The notes under the pieces: generated by a model
The model's input: only the letters and a program-made list of their open reading frames with translations
Database searches by the model: none
What the model was told of the DNA's origin: nothing
Translations under genes and position numbers: made by a program
Source: a virus
Reading direction: 5' to 3' (one strand)
Virus record (IMG/VR): IMGVR_UViG_3300021138_002011
Coordinates: 56,534 to 120,533 of that record
Length of the DNA: 64,000 bases
In this document: piece after piece, positions 37,434-48,301 of the stretch
Position numbering within the stretch: the first letter of the stretch is position 1
How the letters are laid out: each line of letters starts with the position of its first letter

Positions 37434-38421
37434 CTATTTCTTCTTTTGGTGAAAATTGTTCAGATATAGTTCTTTTATAGGTGATATCTCATCCGCTGTT
37501 GCTGTTCGAATAAATCTCCAACCTCTATGATGATTTTTCTTTAATTTTCCTAACCGTAGCAATCGTAACTGTTCTAAACTTAAATTATATAAGTTAGCCG
37601 TTTCAACTATTGGACAAAATAATATTTGCGCACCTTGCGGGGATTCATACCAATATCCACGTTTTATAACAATCAATCCCTTATTTGAATTGCTGCACTT
37701 CTTTTTTGATGCATCTGTATGATTATGTCCTAACATACCGTCAGAAGTCTTTCTACCTTTCATTTTGATTCTCCGCTTCTCGTTGGAGGAGTCGGTTTGT
37801 TTCCGAGGAACGTGGGACATCCGTCTATTTTCGGACCACGGTTTACCTTTTCTGTTTGCAGCCGCAGTTAAACAGTTCTGTAACCTTGTTTGTATTGCAC
37901 GGTCTGTCCATACCTTTTCATACAATTGATAATATTGTATTGCAGCATTTTCTACTTAGATATTCATCCGATGTTTTATCAACTTCAGAATTATATGCTG
38001 TCAATTTAATAGATTGAAGGCGGCGGCGTTCGGCAGTCCAATAGTCTTTTTTCACAGTATGTGCCAGCCTGCGTTGATAATCATACCACCTAGAATTAAT
38101 AGAATATTTTGATCTATCTCCTATTTGTTTTATATGCATAAGCATAGTAAGAGCCTTGGACATTTTATATCTATTTCTACCATATGTCATTTTTGTCAAC
38201 AATAAATGACATATAAAATGTTCCTTAGGAGTTAAGTATACTAAATTACTTTTATTACTTTTATATTTTGGAAAAATAGATTTTGGTAAAATATGATGTG
38301 ATTCATAATACTCCCCGTCTACCGGGACCTCGCGTTTTTTTATAGCCAACTCAATGATATTGTAGTACCATGTTGTATATTTGTTAGTTAGAAATGCACC
38401 ATTATGCTCGTAGATATTCAT
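37434..38421 (-). pseudogene. HNH homing endonuclease split by a 1-nt frameshift
   Basis: ESHHILPKS..NLVYLTPKEHFICHLLL (37918..38421). Removing one base of the 4-nt run at 37948-51 fuses it to 37434..37925, which carries NUMOD-like GHNHTDASKKK. Confidence 0.7.
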
Positions 38422-38424
38422 CTA

Positions 38425-38880
38425 CTAAGATCTCCTCTTCTTCTTTATATCCTTTCCTTTATTTATCCAAATATCGTTCTCAGTGAGAATTCTGAAATGC
38501 AACCCGTTCTTCTTGCAATACATCATTGCCGCACCCCATTTGGCCGTGTTTAAGAGTATCGCAGCCTTGTCCCGTTTGCTCTTGGCGTTTTCAGCTATAG
38601 CCTCCTTGGCAGGCTTGACTTCAATCAGCTCAGCACGTTGTTTTCCAAACTTGTCCTTATAAACTATGAGGAAATCCGGAATGTACCTATGCATTTTACC
38701 ATCGAGTGGACTTTTGTATGGAATAGCAATGCTTTCGCTGGCCCAGTTAATTACATTTGGGTGCTGATCCAATAACATCATTACCCTCAATTCCCACGAC
38801 GACCTATAAAAAGGTCGCGCATTGCCCACAAGTTTCTGTGGATTTTTTGGTACAAATTCATCTTGGCTATATTTTGTCAT
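38425..38880 (-). CDS. gp4: head completion nuclease (gp4-like)
   Basis: YRSSWE, WASE, RYIPDF, LIEVKP, NTAKWGAA, FRILTE. Confidence 0.9.
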   Translation of the reverse strand: MTKYSQDEFVPKNPQKLVGNARPFYRSSWELRVMMLLDQHPNVINWASESIAIPYKSPLDGKMHRYIPDFLIVYKDKFGKQRAELIEVKPAKEAIAENAKSKRDKAAILLNTAKWGAAMMYCKKNGLHFRILTENDIWINKGKDIKKKRRS

Positions 38881-40409
38881 GCCGGATCCGTAAATGCTGC
38901 TGCCAGCGAGCCACGTAACGCTGGGTTACTAGGCCACAGCGGAGGTTGTACTGCAACAATGCCAATGCTGCTGCCCGGCGGCGATAATTTGTTGTATGCG
39001 TTAATAAAAGTATCGCTCACACCGTTTGGTGACAACAGGCTTCCAATTGGTATTCCTTGTGTAGCTGCCATGTAGGCTGCCACAGATGCAATACTTTGAA
39101 CAAGAGATTGAGGAACACTTGGGCCGTAATATCCTTGTGCCAACGCCAACGCTTGTGCAGAAATAGCAGGATTACCACTTTGTATTGGATTGTTAAGTAA
39201 TGTTGAAGAAACTGGCGGGAGGTTTAACGGCTGTCCTGTTAGCGTGTTGGTATATTGCCTGCCTCCGCCTACGGATGTAATAGCAATTTGTCCGCTTTGT
39301 TGACCTATTTGTTGTGTGATTGTTTGACTTGCAAATGTGTTTGTAGCAACTATTACAGGCGATCCTGTTCCGTAGTTTACAGTCGTTGACAGCGATGAAT
39401 TAACCGCCACCGGTATAGGAGCCGAGGCGCCCGGTGCTGAACTAATAGATGCGCTGGCTGCCGAAGCGGCGGCAGCGGCAGCAGATGCGCTGGCTTCCGG
39501 AGTAATGGTATTATTGGGGTTTGACACATTGTTAGACGGTACCACAGGTACTTGTTGAGCAGCATTGGCCATCGATTGGGTTTGCGCAGCATTTATTCCA
39601 AATAACCGCGGAATAGCAGCAATCTGCATAGTTTGCGTACCAACTGGGTAGTTTATATCGTCTAGTGCATTATCAAACCCAAAATTAGGCATTACACCAT
39701 CGGGAGTAGGATTACTACCACTAAACGGCTGTGCAAACGCAAAGTAGTCTATAGCTTCATATTTGAAACTTATGTTTACATCTTCTGGATCACTAGAACT
39801 GTAATCTCTGGAGCCCCAATCAATTGATGTAATTTTTGGATTTATATATCTAAACGCAGTATAAGTGTTTCCAAACAATGCATATACAGCTATTGCATCA
39901 AAAAAGTTTGTTTGTGCATCTAACAATGGAAGAAATCCCCATCCTGCTCCTAAATTAAATTTAGATTCTACAGGAGACTGCAGATAATCCGATTGTGAGT
40001 TAGACCAGTGTCTACGGCTGTCAGCAAAGTAATATGTAAAGTAGTCTACCCATGTTGCCAATGGGCTGTTATCAACAGTGTCATACAGTGAGATGGATGT
40101 TTCTTGATATTCTATCTTTTTGTATGCAATAACTTTTTTGTTGTACTGATTTAAGTCTTCTGTTACTAAATTTATCTTTGGTTTATCAGCTGTTTTTACT
40201 TTAAATGTCAGTCCTCTATTTCCTTCGTATGTATTGAGATTTGCATTAGCCAGCATGCTGTTAGCTCCGCTACTTAACACAAATTGAACGTAAAATTCAA
40301 ACTTTGTACGCGGTACTGCAGACATCGGTTGTCCGGGACTTCCGGTACCAAATGCCCGCGAAGCAGTTCGCGGCGAACGTAAGAAAAATGTAGGATTACT
40401 TTGAACCAT
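38877..40409 (-). CDS. tail tube-like baseplate/tube initiator protein with a low-complexity extension
   Basis: PRTKFEFYV, KTADKPK, NQYNKK..Y, NPKITSIDWG..DYSS, tube-fold motifs paralogous to 40477..41121. Confidence 0.7.
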   Translation of the reverse strand: MVQSNPTFFLRSPRTASRAFGTGSPGQPMSAVPRTKFEFYVQFVLSSGANSMLANANLNTYEGNRGLTFKVKTADKPKINLVTEDLNQYNKKVIAYKKIEYQETSISLYDTVDNSPLATWVDYFTYYFADSRRHWSNSQSDYLQSPVESKFNLGAGWGFLPLLDAQTNFFDAIAVYALFGNTYTAFRYINPKITSIDWGSRDYSSSDPEDVNISFKYEAIDYFAFAQPFSGSNPTPDGVMPNFGFDNALDDINYPVGTQTMQIAAIPRLFGINAAQTQSMANAAQQVPVVPSNNVSNPNNTITPEASASAAAAAASAASASISSAPGASAPIPVAVNSSLSTTVNYGTGSPVIVATNTFASQTITQQIGQQSGQIAITSVGGGRQYTNTLTGQPLNLPPVSSTLLNNPIQSGNPAISAQALALAQGYYGPSVPQSLVQSIASVAAYMAATQGIPIGSLLSPNGVSDTFINAYNKLSPPGSSIGIVAVQPPLWPSNPALRGSLAAAFTDPA

Positions 40410-40423
40410 ACAGGTATTTATCC

Positions 40424-40455
40424 AATAAAAACGGCGCTCGCGTGCCGTTTTTATT
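40424..40455. terminator. rho-independent terminator after the tail tube gene
   Basis: AATAAAAACGGC..GCCGTTTTTATT stem. Confidence 0.7.
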
Positions 40456-40476
40456 TACGGAGATTATTATAGAATG

Positions 40477-41121
40477 TTAGCCCCCGGCGTTGCCGCTTGA
40501 ATCGTTAGCTCCTGTAAAGTTGCTGGGATATGATAGTTTTTCTTCATCGCCTTGTGTGGCATTGTCATAGCGCACAGTTAATGTAATCATAACAGCATCA
40601 GAACTGCTGTAATCTAGCGAGTCATAAGCAACTTGTTCAAGATAGCATCCTTCTAGATACCAGCTTTCTAATACAGAATCATTGGTTCCTTTAACAGTAC
40701 CATCAAGTGTATCAATATTCATTGAGAACTTGTAATTAACACCTGCAGCAGCAGCTGACTGTGTATAATGGTTCATCTGTTTTTGTAGTTGAGCACTTAC
40801 CATAGAGGTAATCCAGTTAGTTATATCGTCACGTAGAGTGATTTCAATAGTTTGCCATTCAGGCTTTTGTGCAATATATGTAATGTTGTTATAGCTATGC
40901 AGCGGTGTGTTGTTAAACTGTATATTTGGACGACCTGAGGTTACAACTTGCTGTGTAAATGTATTTTGTGTTGCACCGACGCCAAACCCATATGTTCGTA
41001 GTCTAAAGCGATGCTTTAGCTTTGGCATAAGGATACCAATGCCAAAATCGTTTGGCATTGGTACGCCATAGCGATTTACAGTCGGTGCATTTAAGTTTAC
41101 TGGTGGGACTGGGGTAGCCAT
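40477..41121 (-). CDS. tail tube protein
   Basis: MPKLKHRFR, W.TIEITLRDD, LESWYLEGC, LDYSSSD..ITLTVRYDNA; downstream of the sheath. Confidence 0.85.
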   Translation of the reverse strand: MATPVPPVNLNAPTVNRYGVPMPNDFGIGILMPKLKHRFRLRTYGFGVGATQNTFTQQVVTSGRPNIQFNNTPLHSYNNITYIAQKPEWQTIEITLRDDITNWITSMVSAQLQKQMNHYTQSAAAAGVNYKFSMNIDTLDGTVKGTNDSVLESWYLEGCYLEQVAYDSLDYSSSDAVMITLTVRYDNATQGDEEKLSYPSNFTGANDSSGNAGG

Positions 41122-41597
41122 AATATAACCTCCGTGTTTGTTAACTTATTTATTCCAGATCGCAATTTTAAAAATCGTACCATATTTTGCGGAGGATTTT
41201 ACACGGGGTTAGGCAACTTTGCAGTAGAATTAACTGCAGGCAAAACACTACGTTAGAGAATAGTAACTTGTTGATTTTATGTCATTATTTTATAAATTTT
41301 CGCCAAAAACGCTGTATAGTTAGTGTCTGACACTATAATATCAAGCATGACCAATTTGTCCGTAGATCATTTGCGAAATGTTTTTGATTTTTAAAGACAT
41401 GTTCGCATTTGTTATTTTGGTAGACACATCAAAATATGCAAGTTTGTGATTCGTCTGAAAGTTGTGCCAAAATAAAACCAATATTAGTAGACAATGACGA
41501 AACAGTTAAACCAAGTGCCTGTTCTTCGTCAACTGTTGACACCGAAAACTCAATCAAAGAAAAAGGGAGCAAGTGCTCCCTTAATCTTGTATCAATA

Positions 41598-44500
41598 TTA
41601 TTGTCCAGTTTTTGGTAACGGCGTACCAGTTGCCAATACTCTAACAGGTATGTAAATGAATTCAATAGCAATTTCTGGTTGTATAGCAATATCTATCCAC
41701 AACTGGTTGGCATCAATTGTAGCTGGAGTATTGTTGCTACTATCACAAATTACCGAGAAGTCATAAAGAGCACGAAGTCCTACAAGTGTCTGTAGATACG
41801 ACATAAACACTGCTGTTACGTTTGCACGAGTGGTAGAATCGTTTTGCTCAAACAAGAATGGCTGTGCAAGGTTATTGAGGTTCCAAGATAGATAGTTTAC
41901 CAATCTAGCAACGTTAATTCTGTTTAGTGCTGTTTGCACAGGGTCTAAAGTCTTTTGTCCCCATACCACTAGTCCACGTCCTGGCATATATGCAATCGGA
42001 TTTATGTCATTTGTGTACAGAACATCACGCTGTCCTTGGTTTAGTGTTACTGGAACATAACTTCCAGCCGATGTCAGATACCCTACACTTGATACAGAAC
42101 TTACCAGTCCTCTGTTAAATCCTGCTGGTGCAAACCAAGGATAAGATACAGAGTCGCTGTAGGCAATGGTTGTTAGTGCAATCAAGCTCGGCGGCACAAC
42201 TACGTTGTTGCCTTGCAGATCTGGAGTAAAGCCCCATGGATACCACAGTCCTAGATACGAGCTATGGGTAACAAGTCCGACATCGCTGTCAGTTGCAGCA
42301 TTAGCAGCATTTGTAGCCCAATTTTGTATGCTTGTTCCGGTTGGCAACAGAGTTGACGGCGTGTCACCTACTACAAACGCAACATTGTTAATATCCACAT
42401 TTAGGTTAACCATCTCTGCAATACATTCTGGATAACCAGGTGTTGAAATTAGGTTAAAATAGTTCTGAGATGCACGGGCATCTGTGCTATCAACCAATGC
42501 TGCGTTTAGAGCATTAACAACAACTGCTCGCTGTGCTGCAGGACCCATGTACGGCGAACCGTCTGGCGCATTACCACTAAATGTAACCCATACATCTGTT
42601 GGATAGATAGTATTGTAATTTTGTGGGAAATAGTTTACTACCCATTGTTTAACATTGTATGTACTGTAACGTGTGTTGAACAGCAGCATGTATGGAGGAT
42701 ACAGCAGAGGATCTGGAGCGTCTGGGTCAACATAATTGCTTAGAACCATTACAGATTCAGCAGTTTGTCCGGAAACTTGACCGTTTGCAGTAGCACGAGC
42801 ATCAGCAAATATTATGCCAGCGCTGTCAACATGGTTTGTGTTGTCAATTTGTGTCCAGGTGCCTGTTATTGCGTTGTAACGATAAATTGCAGGGTATGGT
42901 GTTACATCGGTGTTGACCCAGATGTCATAGTCTACTAGTGCAGCGCCGGTGCTTTGTGTAGCAGGCCGTGCCGAACTTAGTATTGGGCCATTTGGATCAG
43001 TTCCTGGATACAAGTTACGATAACCCAGCCACTGTTGACCGTTGTTTACCATAATATCCACTTGTAATGCAGTGTTGTACCACAGTGTCCCGTTTACTGG
43101 CGGGCCATTTGGTGCCAACAAGCCTGGAACATAGTCTAGTGCTTCCCACGAAGAGCCGTTCCAACGCTGTAAAACAATATTACCAACTGCCGGACTTAGT
43201 CCGTAGTAGTTGTACTGACCAAATATGCTACCAATGCCTTTTAGACCACCGAACGCAGCATCTGCTGCTGATGTAGTGCTGTAAAGAGGTATTGTGCCTG
43301 TGTTTGGTACAGTGTTTTGAACTATCCATTCGCCGCTGACATATTCTTTCACAACAAGATTTGTACCCATTCCTGCTGGTGTTGTGTTCAACCATACGTT
43401 GTTAGCAGCCAGTTGTGACAACTGGCCTGGCACTGTTAACGATGGTGAATAGCCTTGGTATACCATTGTGCGTGCAAATGTTACACCTGCTGCAATACCA
43501 GATGCTGCAAGCGGACTACCGCGTAAATCTTCAAGAGTAAACGCAGTGCCGTTGTTGTTAGTGATTATTAACTGATTGTTAACAGTTGACGCTACAATTG
43601 GACCAGATGGATAAACAGAGTTGATCTCTGCTACCACGTCAGCAACCGTTACAGCTGATTCAACTCCTGTTAGTGCAGGTATATGAATTATGGTCGGGGT
43701 TAATCCTGGTAGTGTTATGCTGAAGCTTGTGCTTTGCAACCATGTTGATACTAGATTAAATGTTGCACCAACTCCGTTGCCGCCAGTTATTGATGCAGGG
43801 TTAGTTGGATATACCGTATAGCTTCCTGGAGTTGTTACAGCAACTGTATTAACGCCCCATGTTAAATCAATTGTTGCTCCGATACCAGATCCACTGGTTG
43901 CAGAAGCTGATGTATTTGTGGTAGGCGGAGTAACTCCTGTAAATTGACCGGCTTGCGTAATTGTAACACCTGTAATGCCGCCGCCACCGCTAATTGCATC
44001 AACTGTGACAATAACAGTTGAAGTATAGTTAGCATCATTACTGCCAAATGTCAGTGTGTCATTAACACGATAACCCGACCCAGGTGCGTTTGGATTAGCT
44101 CCAACTACTTGCAAGCTGCTTACGGTTAATACGGTTGCAGTTGCGGCTGTGCCGCCTGATACTGTTAGCGGGTCACCTACTAGATATGCAGATCCAGGAG
44201 CTACAACAGAAGCAGATTGTGTTTCTAGTGTAGATGCCACATAAGTTGGATTGCTAATAGAGCCTGTGACGCTGCCCCAATATGTGTTTGTAGGAGATAA
44301 TCCGCAGTCTTCCCACGGTGTGCTGCCGCCGTATTGATCACTTAAGTCTTTGAGATATATTTGTGTTGCGTCGTAGTTAGTAATTGTTAGATAGTTTAAC
44401 CCGCCTTGTGTTGTTATCGAGGCAACGGCATTTGTACCGGATCCACTGTTTAGTTGGGTATTAATTGCTCCTACAAATCCGGCTAGTGTATTGTTTGGAG

Positions 44501-45671
44501 CTGATGGGACAGATACCGTTAGTATAGATCCTGCGCCAATCTGTATGGTTGCCTGCTCGCCAGCTACTAGTGTTGGATTTGGAACATTGCCGGTTAGCAC
44601 TGTTGGAACAGCGCCCTGCCAAGAAAATCCTGGATTTTCAATCTCTGTTGTTCCAACCTGGAACCACCAATTTGTAGTTGTTGAGCTGCTTGTAATAGTT
44701 ATCTGCTGGAATATGCTGTTTGAATACAACCCATCGGCATTTTCCAGTGTGTTTACTGCATAATTACCAGCTATTCCGTAACCGCTTACTGGATGTACAT
44801 GATTTTCTGGATCAGCTGTAAATCCAAGGTTAGTTAGCACACTGGGAGTTGACCCTGCTAGTGTAATTGGTTGCGTATAATCGTCGCTGATTATTCTTAA
44901 ATCAAATATATCGCCGTAGGCACTGGATGTTTTGCTGTATTTTCCTGGACGTATATAGACTGTAGCAGAAATGCCAAGTAATTGCAGAGACACACTTGTG
45001 TTGATGTTGCTGGCCACTTGCGAAATGCTAATACCAAGAGGCATAGCAACTGCAACGTTGTTAATAACCAAGTTACCCGAGATTGTTATGCAACTAGCAG
45101 ACCCGGATGTAATTGGTGTTGTGCCAAACCCTTGTACAAAGCGGCGAAGCTTTGTTGAGTCTGCAATAACAAGTGGTGTTTGTGACTGCCATGCATAAGC
45201 TGGGTTAATATTTCCATTGCTTTGGAATATTCCCCATGTTGTGCTTGCAAGGTCTAGCCAATATGTGCCGTTTTTAGTTGGTCCAGTTGGTGCTGTTGTG
45301 CTAGGAATAAGTTGATCGAGATCTACATTGGCACGTATTACATAGGCGTTGTTGGCAACACCGAGATATGTATAAAGTGTAAATAATCCCAGTTCATTTA
45401 ATTCATTATTATATTGAACGCTACCAGCTGAGCTGTAAAATGTTGGATTTCCGAAAGTTTGCAATGCATCACGTTGGCTGGTAATAAGATAAAGATTACC
45501 AGCATTAGCGGCTAGTGTTCCTGGAGCAATTGTTGTAGTGCTACCGGGAGCAAGCTTGTTGGAAGCGGTTGCTATAACGATCAGCGGGACCGTTCCTGGA
45601 CCAGATGCGGCATACGCGCTCTCGTCAACAATGCTTACCTTTACGCCCGGAGAAACTAGTGTACCTGACAT
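41598..45671 (-). CDS. contractile tail sheath protein with large insertions
   Basis: LVSPGV N-terminus; PWFAPAGFNRG, INPI, WGQKT, RINVARL and EFIYIP C-terminal sheath motifs; 1357 aa. Confidence 0.93.
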   Translation of the reverse strand: MSGTLVSPGVKVSIVDESAYAASGPGTVPLIVIATASNKLAPGSTTTIAPGTLAANAGNLYLITSQRDALQTFGNPTFYSSAGSVQYNNELNELGLFTLYTYLGVANNAYVIRANVDLDQLIPSTTAPTGPTKNGTYWLDLASTTWGIFQSNGNINPAYAWQSQTPLVIADSTKLRRFVQGFGTTPITSGSASCITISGNLVINNVAVAMPLGISISQVASNINTSVSLQLLGISATVYIRPGKYSKTSSAYGDIFDLRIISDDYTQPITLAGSTPSVLTNLGFTADPENHVHPVSGYGIAGNYAVNTLENADGLYSNSIFQQITITSSSTTTNWWFQVGTTEIENPGFSWQGAVPTVLTGNVPNPTLVAGEQATIQIGAGSILTVSVPSAPNNTLAGFVGAINTQLNSGSGTNAVASITTQGGLNYLTITNYDATQIYLKDLSDQYGGSTPWEDCGLSPTNTYWGSVTGSISNPTYVASTLETQSASVVAPGSAYLVGDPLTVSGGTAATATVLTVSSLQVVGANPNAPGSGYRVNDTLTFGSNDANYTSTVIVTVDAISGGGGITGVTITQAGQFTGVTPPTTNTSASATSGSGIGATIDLTWGVNTVAVTTPGSYTVYPTNPASITGGNGVGATFNLVSTWLQSTSFSITLPGLTPTIIHIPALTGVESAVTVADVVAEINSVYPSGPIVASTVNNQLIITNNNGTAFTLEDLRGSPLAASGIAAGVTFARTMVYQGYSPSLTVPGQLSQLAANNVWLNTTPAGMGTNLVVKEYVSGEWIVQNTVPNTGTIPLYSTTSAADAAFGGLKGIGSIFGQYNYYGLSPAVGNIVLQRWNGSSWEALDYVPGLLAPNGPPVNGTLWYNTALQVDIMVNNGQQWLGYRNLYPGTDPNGPILSSARPATQSTGAALVDYDIWVNTDVTPYPAIYRYNAITGTWTQIDNTNHVDSAGIIFADARATANGQVSGQTAESVMVLSNYVDPDAPDPLLYPPYMLLFNTRYSTYNVKQWVVNYFPQNYNTIYPTDVWVTFSGNAPDGSPYMGPAAQRAVVVNALNAALVDSTDARASQNYFNLISTPGYPECIAEMVNLNVDINNVAFVVGDTPSTLLPTGTSIQNWATNAANAATDSDVGLVTHSSYLGLWYPWGFTPDLQGNNVVVPPSLIALTTIAYSDSVSYPWFAPAGFNRGLVSSVSSVGYLTSAGSYVPVTLNQGQRDVLYTNDINPIAYMPGRGLVVWGQKTLDPVQTALNRINVARLVNYLSWNLNNLAQPFLFEQNDSTTRANVTAVFMSYLQTLVGLRALYDFSVICDSSNNTPATIDANQLWIDIAIQPEIAIEFIYIPVRVLATGTPLPKTGQ

Positions 45672-45791
45672 GATTTACCTCGACATGAATATGTTTTGTT
45701 GTAAATCTATTTATCAATAACCTTGTAAAACTTGCTAGATTTTGCAACGGATATGTTGATTAACCAATTCGCTATCATACAAACTACACAG

Positions 45792-46394
45792 ATGACACAA
45801 AAAATTGTAGGCATTTTAGGTTTTATTGGCAGTGGTAAAAATACCGTCGGCAATCATTTGGTAAATTCTCACGGATTTCAATCTGCTAGTTTTGCAGAAA
45901 GTCTAAAAGACGCCATTTCGGCAATATTTGGGTGGCCGAGAGACATGATAGAAGGATCTACCAGTCAAAGCAGAATATGGCGAGAAGAACCAGACATATA
46001 TTGGTCAAAAAAAATGGGACGCACGGTTACACCCAGGTGGGTGTTACAACACTTGGGCACCAATGTGTTACGTGATCGGTTTTTTGACGATATATGGATT
46101 GCAAGTCTTGAACATAAAATAAAACAAACTTCTCGGAATGTTGTTATTACAGATGTGAGATTTCCAAACGAGATTAAAATGATTCGAGAAAATAACGGTA
46201 TGTTGATATGGGTAAAACGCGGCGAGCTTCCAACTTGGTACAACTGTGCTCTGCATACGCCCGATTCTATGCCAGGTATCTATCCTACTGTACATTCGAG
46301 TGAATACATGTGGGTAAGTCAAGGTCCATTTAGTTGCATTGATAACAATGAAACTATTACGCAATTACATCAACAAGTGGATGCATTATTTTGA
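45792..46394 (+). CDS. deoxynucleoside monophosphate kinase (gp1-like)
   Basis: GFIGSGKNT, SFAESLK, TPRWVLQHLGT, ITDVRFPNE, HSSE. Confidence 0.9.
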   Translation: MTQKIVGILGFIGSGKNTVGNHLVNSHGFQSASFAESLKDAISAIFGWPRDMIEGSTSQSRIWREEPDIYWSKKMGRTVTPRWVLQHLGTNVLRDRFFDDIWIASLEHKIKQTSRNVVITDVRFPNEIKMIRENNGMLIWVKRGELPTWYNCALHTPDSMPGIYPTVHSSEYMWVSQGPFSCIDNNETITQLHQQVDALF

Positions 46395-46954
46395 AACCAA
46401 TTTGCTTTAGTGGAGGTGCCAAGGGTGCCGATCATGCCTGGGGCCTAATGGCAGTAAACGCCGGTCACGAATTGATACATTTTACGTTTCAAGGGTATCG
46501 ACCAGTTGACGACACACATAGTAAAAAGCTTACAACAGCAGAACTTAACGAAGCCAATCTATATGTCGAAACTGCGGCCAAAAGCATGCGTCGGCGGTGG
46601 CCCAGTCAAAATCCTGTTGTAAACAATTTGTTACGTAGAAATCACTTTCAAGTCAGATACAGCGAGCGTGTGTATGCAGTAGCTAACCTTTTACCAGACG
46701 ACAAAGGAGCCCTTAAAATATCAGGAGGGACTTGTTGGGCTGCACAAATGTTCGTTGATAGGTGGTATGCTGATAGAACTCTTAAAGAGTGCGAATTGTA
46801 TTTTTATGATATGATATCTAACAAATGGATGCAATGGTGGGAAACATGGCAGATAATTGATAAACCGCCTGTTCCCCACGGCAGATACGCCGGCATTGGT
46901 AGCCGAGACATAACCGACGAAGGGATTAAAGCTATTTTTTCAGTTTATGGATGA
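46391..46954 (+). CDS. SLOG-like nucleotide-binding protein
   Basis: SGGAKGAD, RRN, SGGT.WA and AGIGSR motifs. Confidence 0.6.
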   Translation: MKPICFSGGAKGADHAWGLMAVNAGHELIHFTFQGYRPVDDTHSKKLTTAELNEANLYVETAAKSMRRRWPSQNPVVNNLLRRNHFQVRYSERVYAVANLLPDDKGALKISGGTCWAAQMFVDRWYADRTLKECELYFYDMISNKWMQWWETWQIIDKPPVPHGRYAGIGSRDITDEGIKAIFSVYG

Positions 46955-47409
46955 AGTGGAAATCCCGAAAATAGATTACAAAAGTTTGGATCGTTACGGT
47001 CGCCTAAGAACCAAGCACATGTAAGTTCTTCTCGAGTAAGCAACACCATGCCATTATCAAGTGTTTTTACACGAGTAATTCGAGGATCACGTTCTAACAA
47101 GGTTGCCATTTCTGAATCAGCTGCAAATGGATAGCTCGGATCAACTACCGATCCGCATAGTACATTGGGCAGACCCGTTAGTTTCATAACAATATCTCCG
47201 ATGATTCCATCCCCTACACGTAATACCAACGTGGTGTTGAACCAACTGGCACCTGACGTCATGCCTGCGTCAATGTATTCATTAACCAACGGATGGCTAG
47301 CGTATCTTCCCATCATTTGGACACCAGCATGGTGTACTTGGGCCATCGCTTTTCCTGGATTCATGCTGATCAAGTCCCGAACCAGCACGTATACTGCTAA
47401 CTCTGTCAT
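46945..47409 (-). CDS. peptidyl-tRNA hydrolase type 2-like protein
   Basis: VLVRDL.SMNPGKAMAQVHHA motif of PTH2; start MTELAV at 47409. Confidence 0.75.
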   Translation of the reverse strand: MTELAVYVLVRDLISMNPGKAMAQVHHAGVQMMGRYASHPLVNEYIDAGMTSGASWFNTTLVLRVGDGIIGDIVMKLTGLPNVLCGSVVDPSYPFAADSEMATLLERDPRITRVKTLDNGMVLLTREELTCAWFLGDRNDPNFCNLFSGFPLHP

Positions 47410-47468
47410 AATTGTTCCTCGGCGTTGTGAGCTAATTTTTGCGAAAATAACACAAAAATTGTATAAGG

Positions 47469-48221
47469 TCAACCAATAACAATAAGCGGTGGGCTGCTTT
47501 CGTCTATATACAAATCAAGTTCTCGCTCCAAAGCTTCGCGCTCTGCTATAGCTTCTTGCTTGATTTCAGCACCTTTTAAGGTTGTGCCGCCGCCCGGTCC
47601 GACTATGGTATTAAACTTGCTATAGGCCTCGCCAAGTTGTGTTTTACACCAAGTTAAGGCGTATGATCTTATCCAAGGTCTAATAAACGGATCTTGAAGT
47701 AGTTCGTCGTCAACACGTATACGTTGACACCAAAGAACAACTGTTTCTCCTCCAGTTGGTTTGCGAACAAGCTGTAGAACTTTTGTCACTGGATTAAAGG
47801 TATAGTTAATATAAGCACCGAACATGCGTCCGGCCTGCTTTAGATATTCGTTAAACAACTCATACGTTAACAATCCTGCAGAATAACCGCCGCCAGCGCC
47901 GGCTTGTAATAGATATAAATTTGTATAGGCAAGCGAGAATGGATCCAAGTATGTGCCACCTTGTGTTTCACCTAAGCCTCTGCGATAAATTCCGCGCACC
48001 TGAACGATTTCGTCTGGAAGTGTATACTGATTTGTTTCGTATAAAATATGAAGGAAATAGTAGGATTCTTCAGAACTATTGCCTGCACGTTGTCGGTATC
48101 GATCAAATGCAAGGGTCATTGCGTTTTCATAATGAACAGGATCAAGCTCGATATCAACCATTCCGCCACCCATCATAAGTCGCATTTGATCGATAATTTG
48201 TTGTCTTAACGGTGTTGCCAT
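47469..48221 (-). CDS. neck protein (gp13-like)
   Basis: GGGMVDIEL, YTLP, WIRSYA..K.QLGEAYSKF..GPGGGTTL.G. Confidence 0.85.
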   Translation of the reverse strand: MATPLRQQIIDQMRLMMGGGMVDIELDPVHYENAMTLAFDRYRQRAGNSSEESYYFLHILYETNQYTLPDEIVQVRGIYRRGLGETQGGTYLDPFSLAYTNLYLLQAGAGGGYSAGLLTYELFNEYLKQAGRMFGAYINYTFNPVTKVLQLVRKPTGGETVVLWCQRIRVDDELLQDPFIRPWIRSYALTWCKTQLGEAYSKFNTIVGPGGGTTLKGAEIKQEAIAEREALERELDLYIDESSPPLIVIG

Positions 48222-48241
48222 GTGTGTCTTCCTATATTAAC

Positions 48242-48275
48242 TATTTATGGGTTGCGTCTACCTTAACACTAAATA
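48242..48275. promoter_or_regulatory. back-to-back late promoters
   Basis: tattta at 48242-47 and taaata at 48270-75 between the divergent neck genes. Confidence 0.55.
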
Positions 48276-48301
48276 AAAGCAAACAGAACAAGGTTATTCA
48301 C

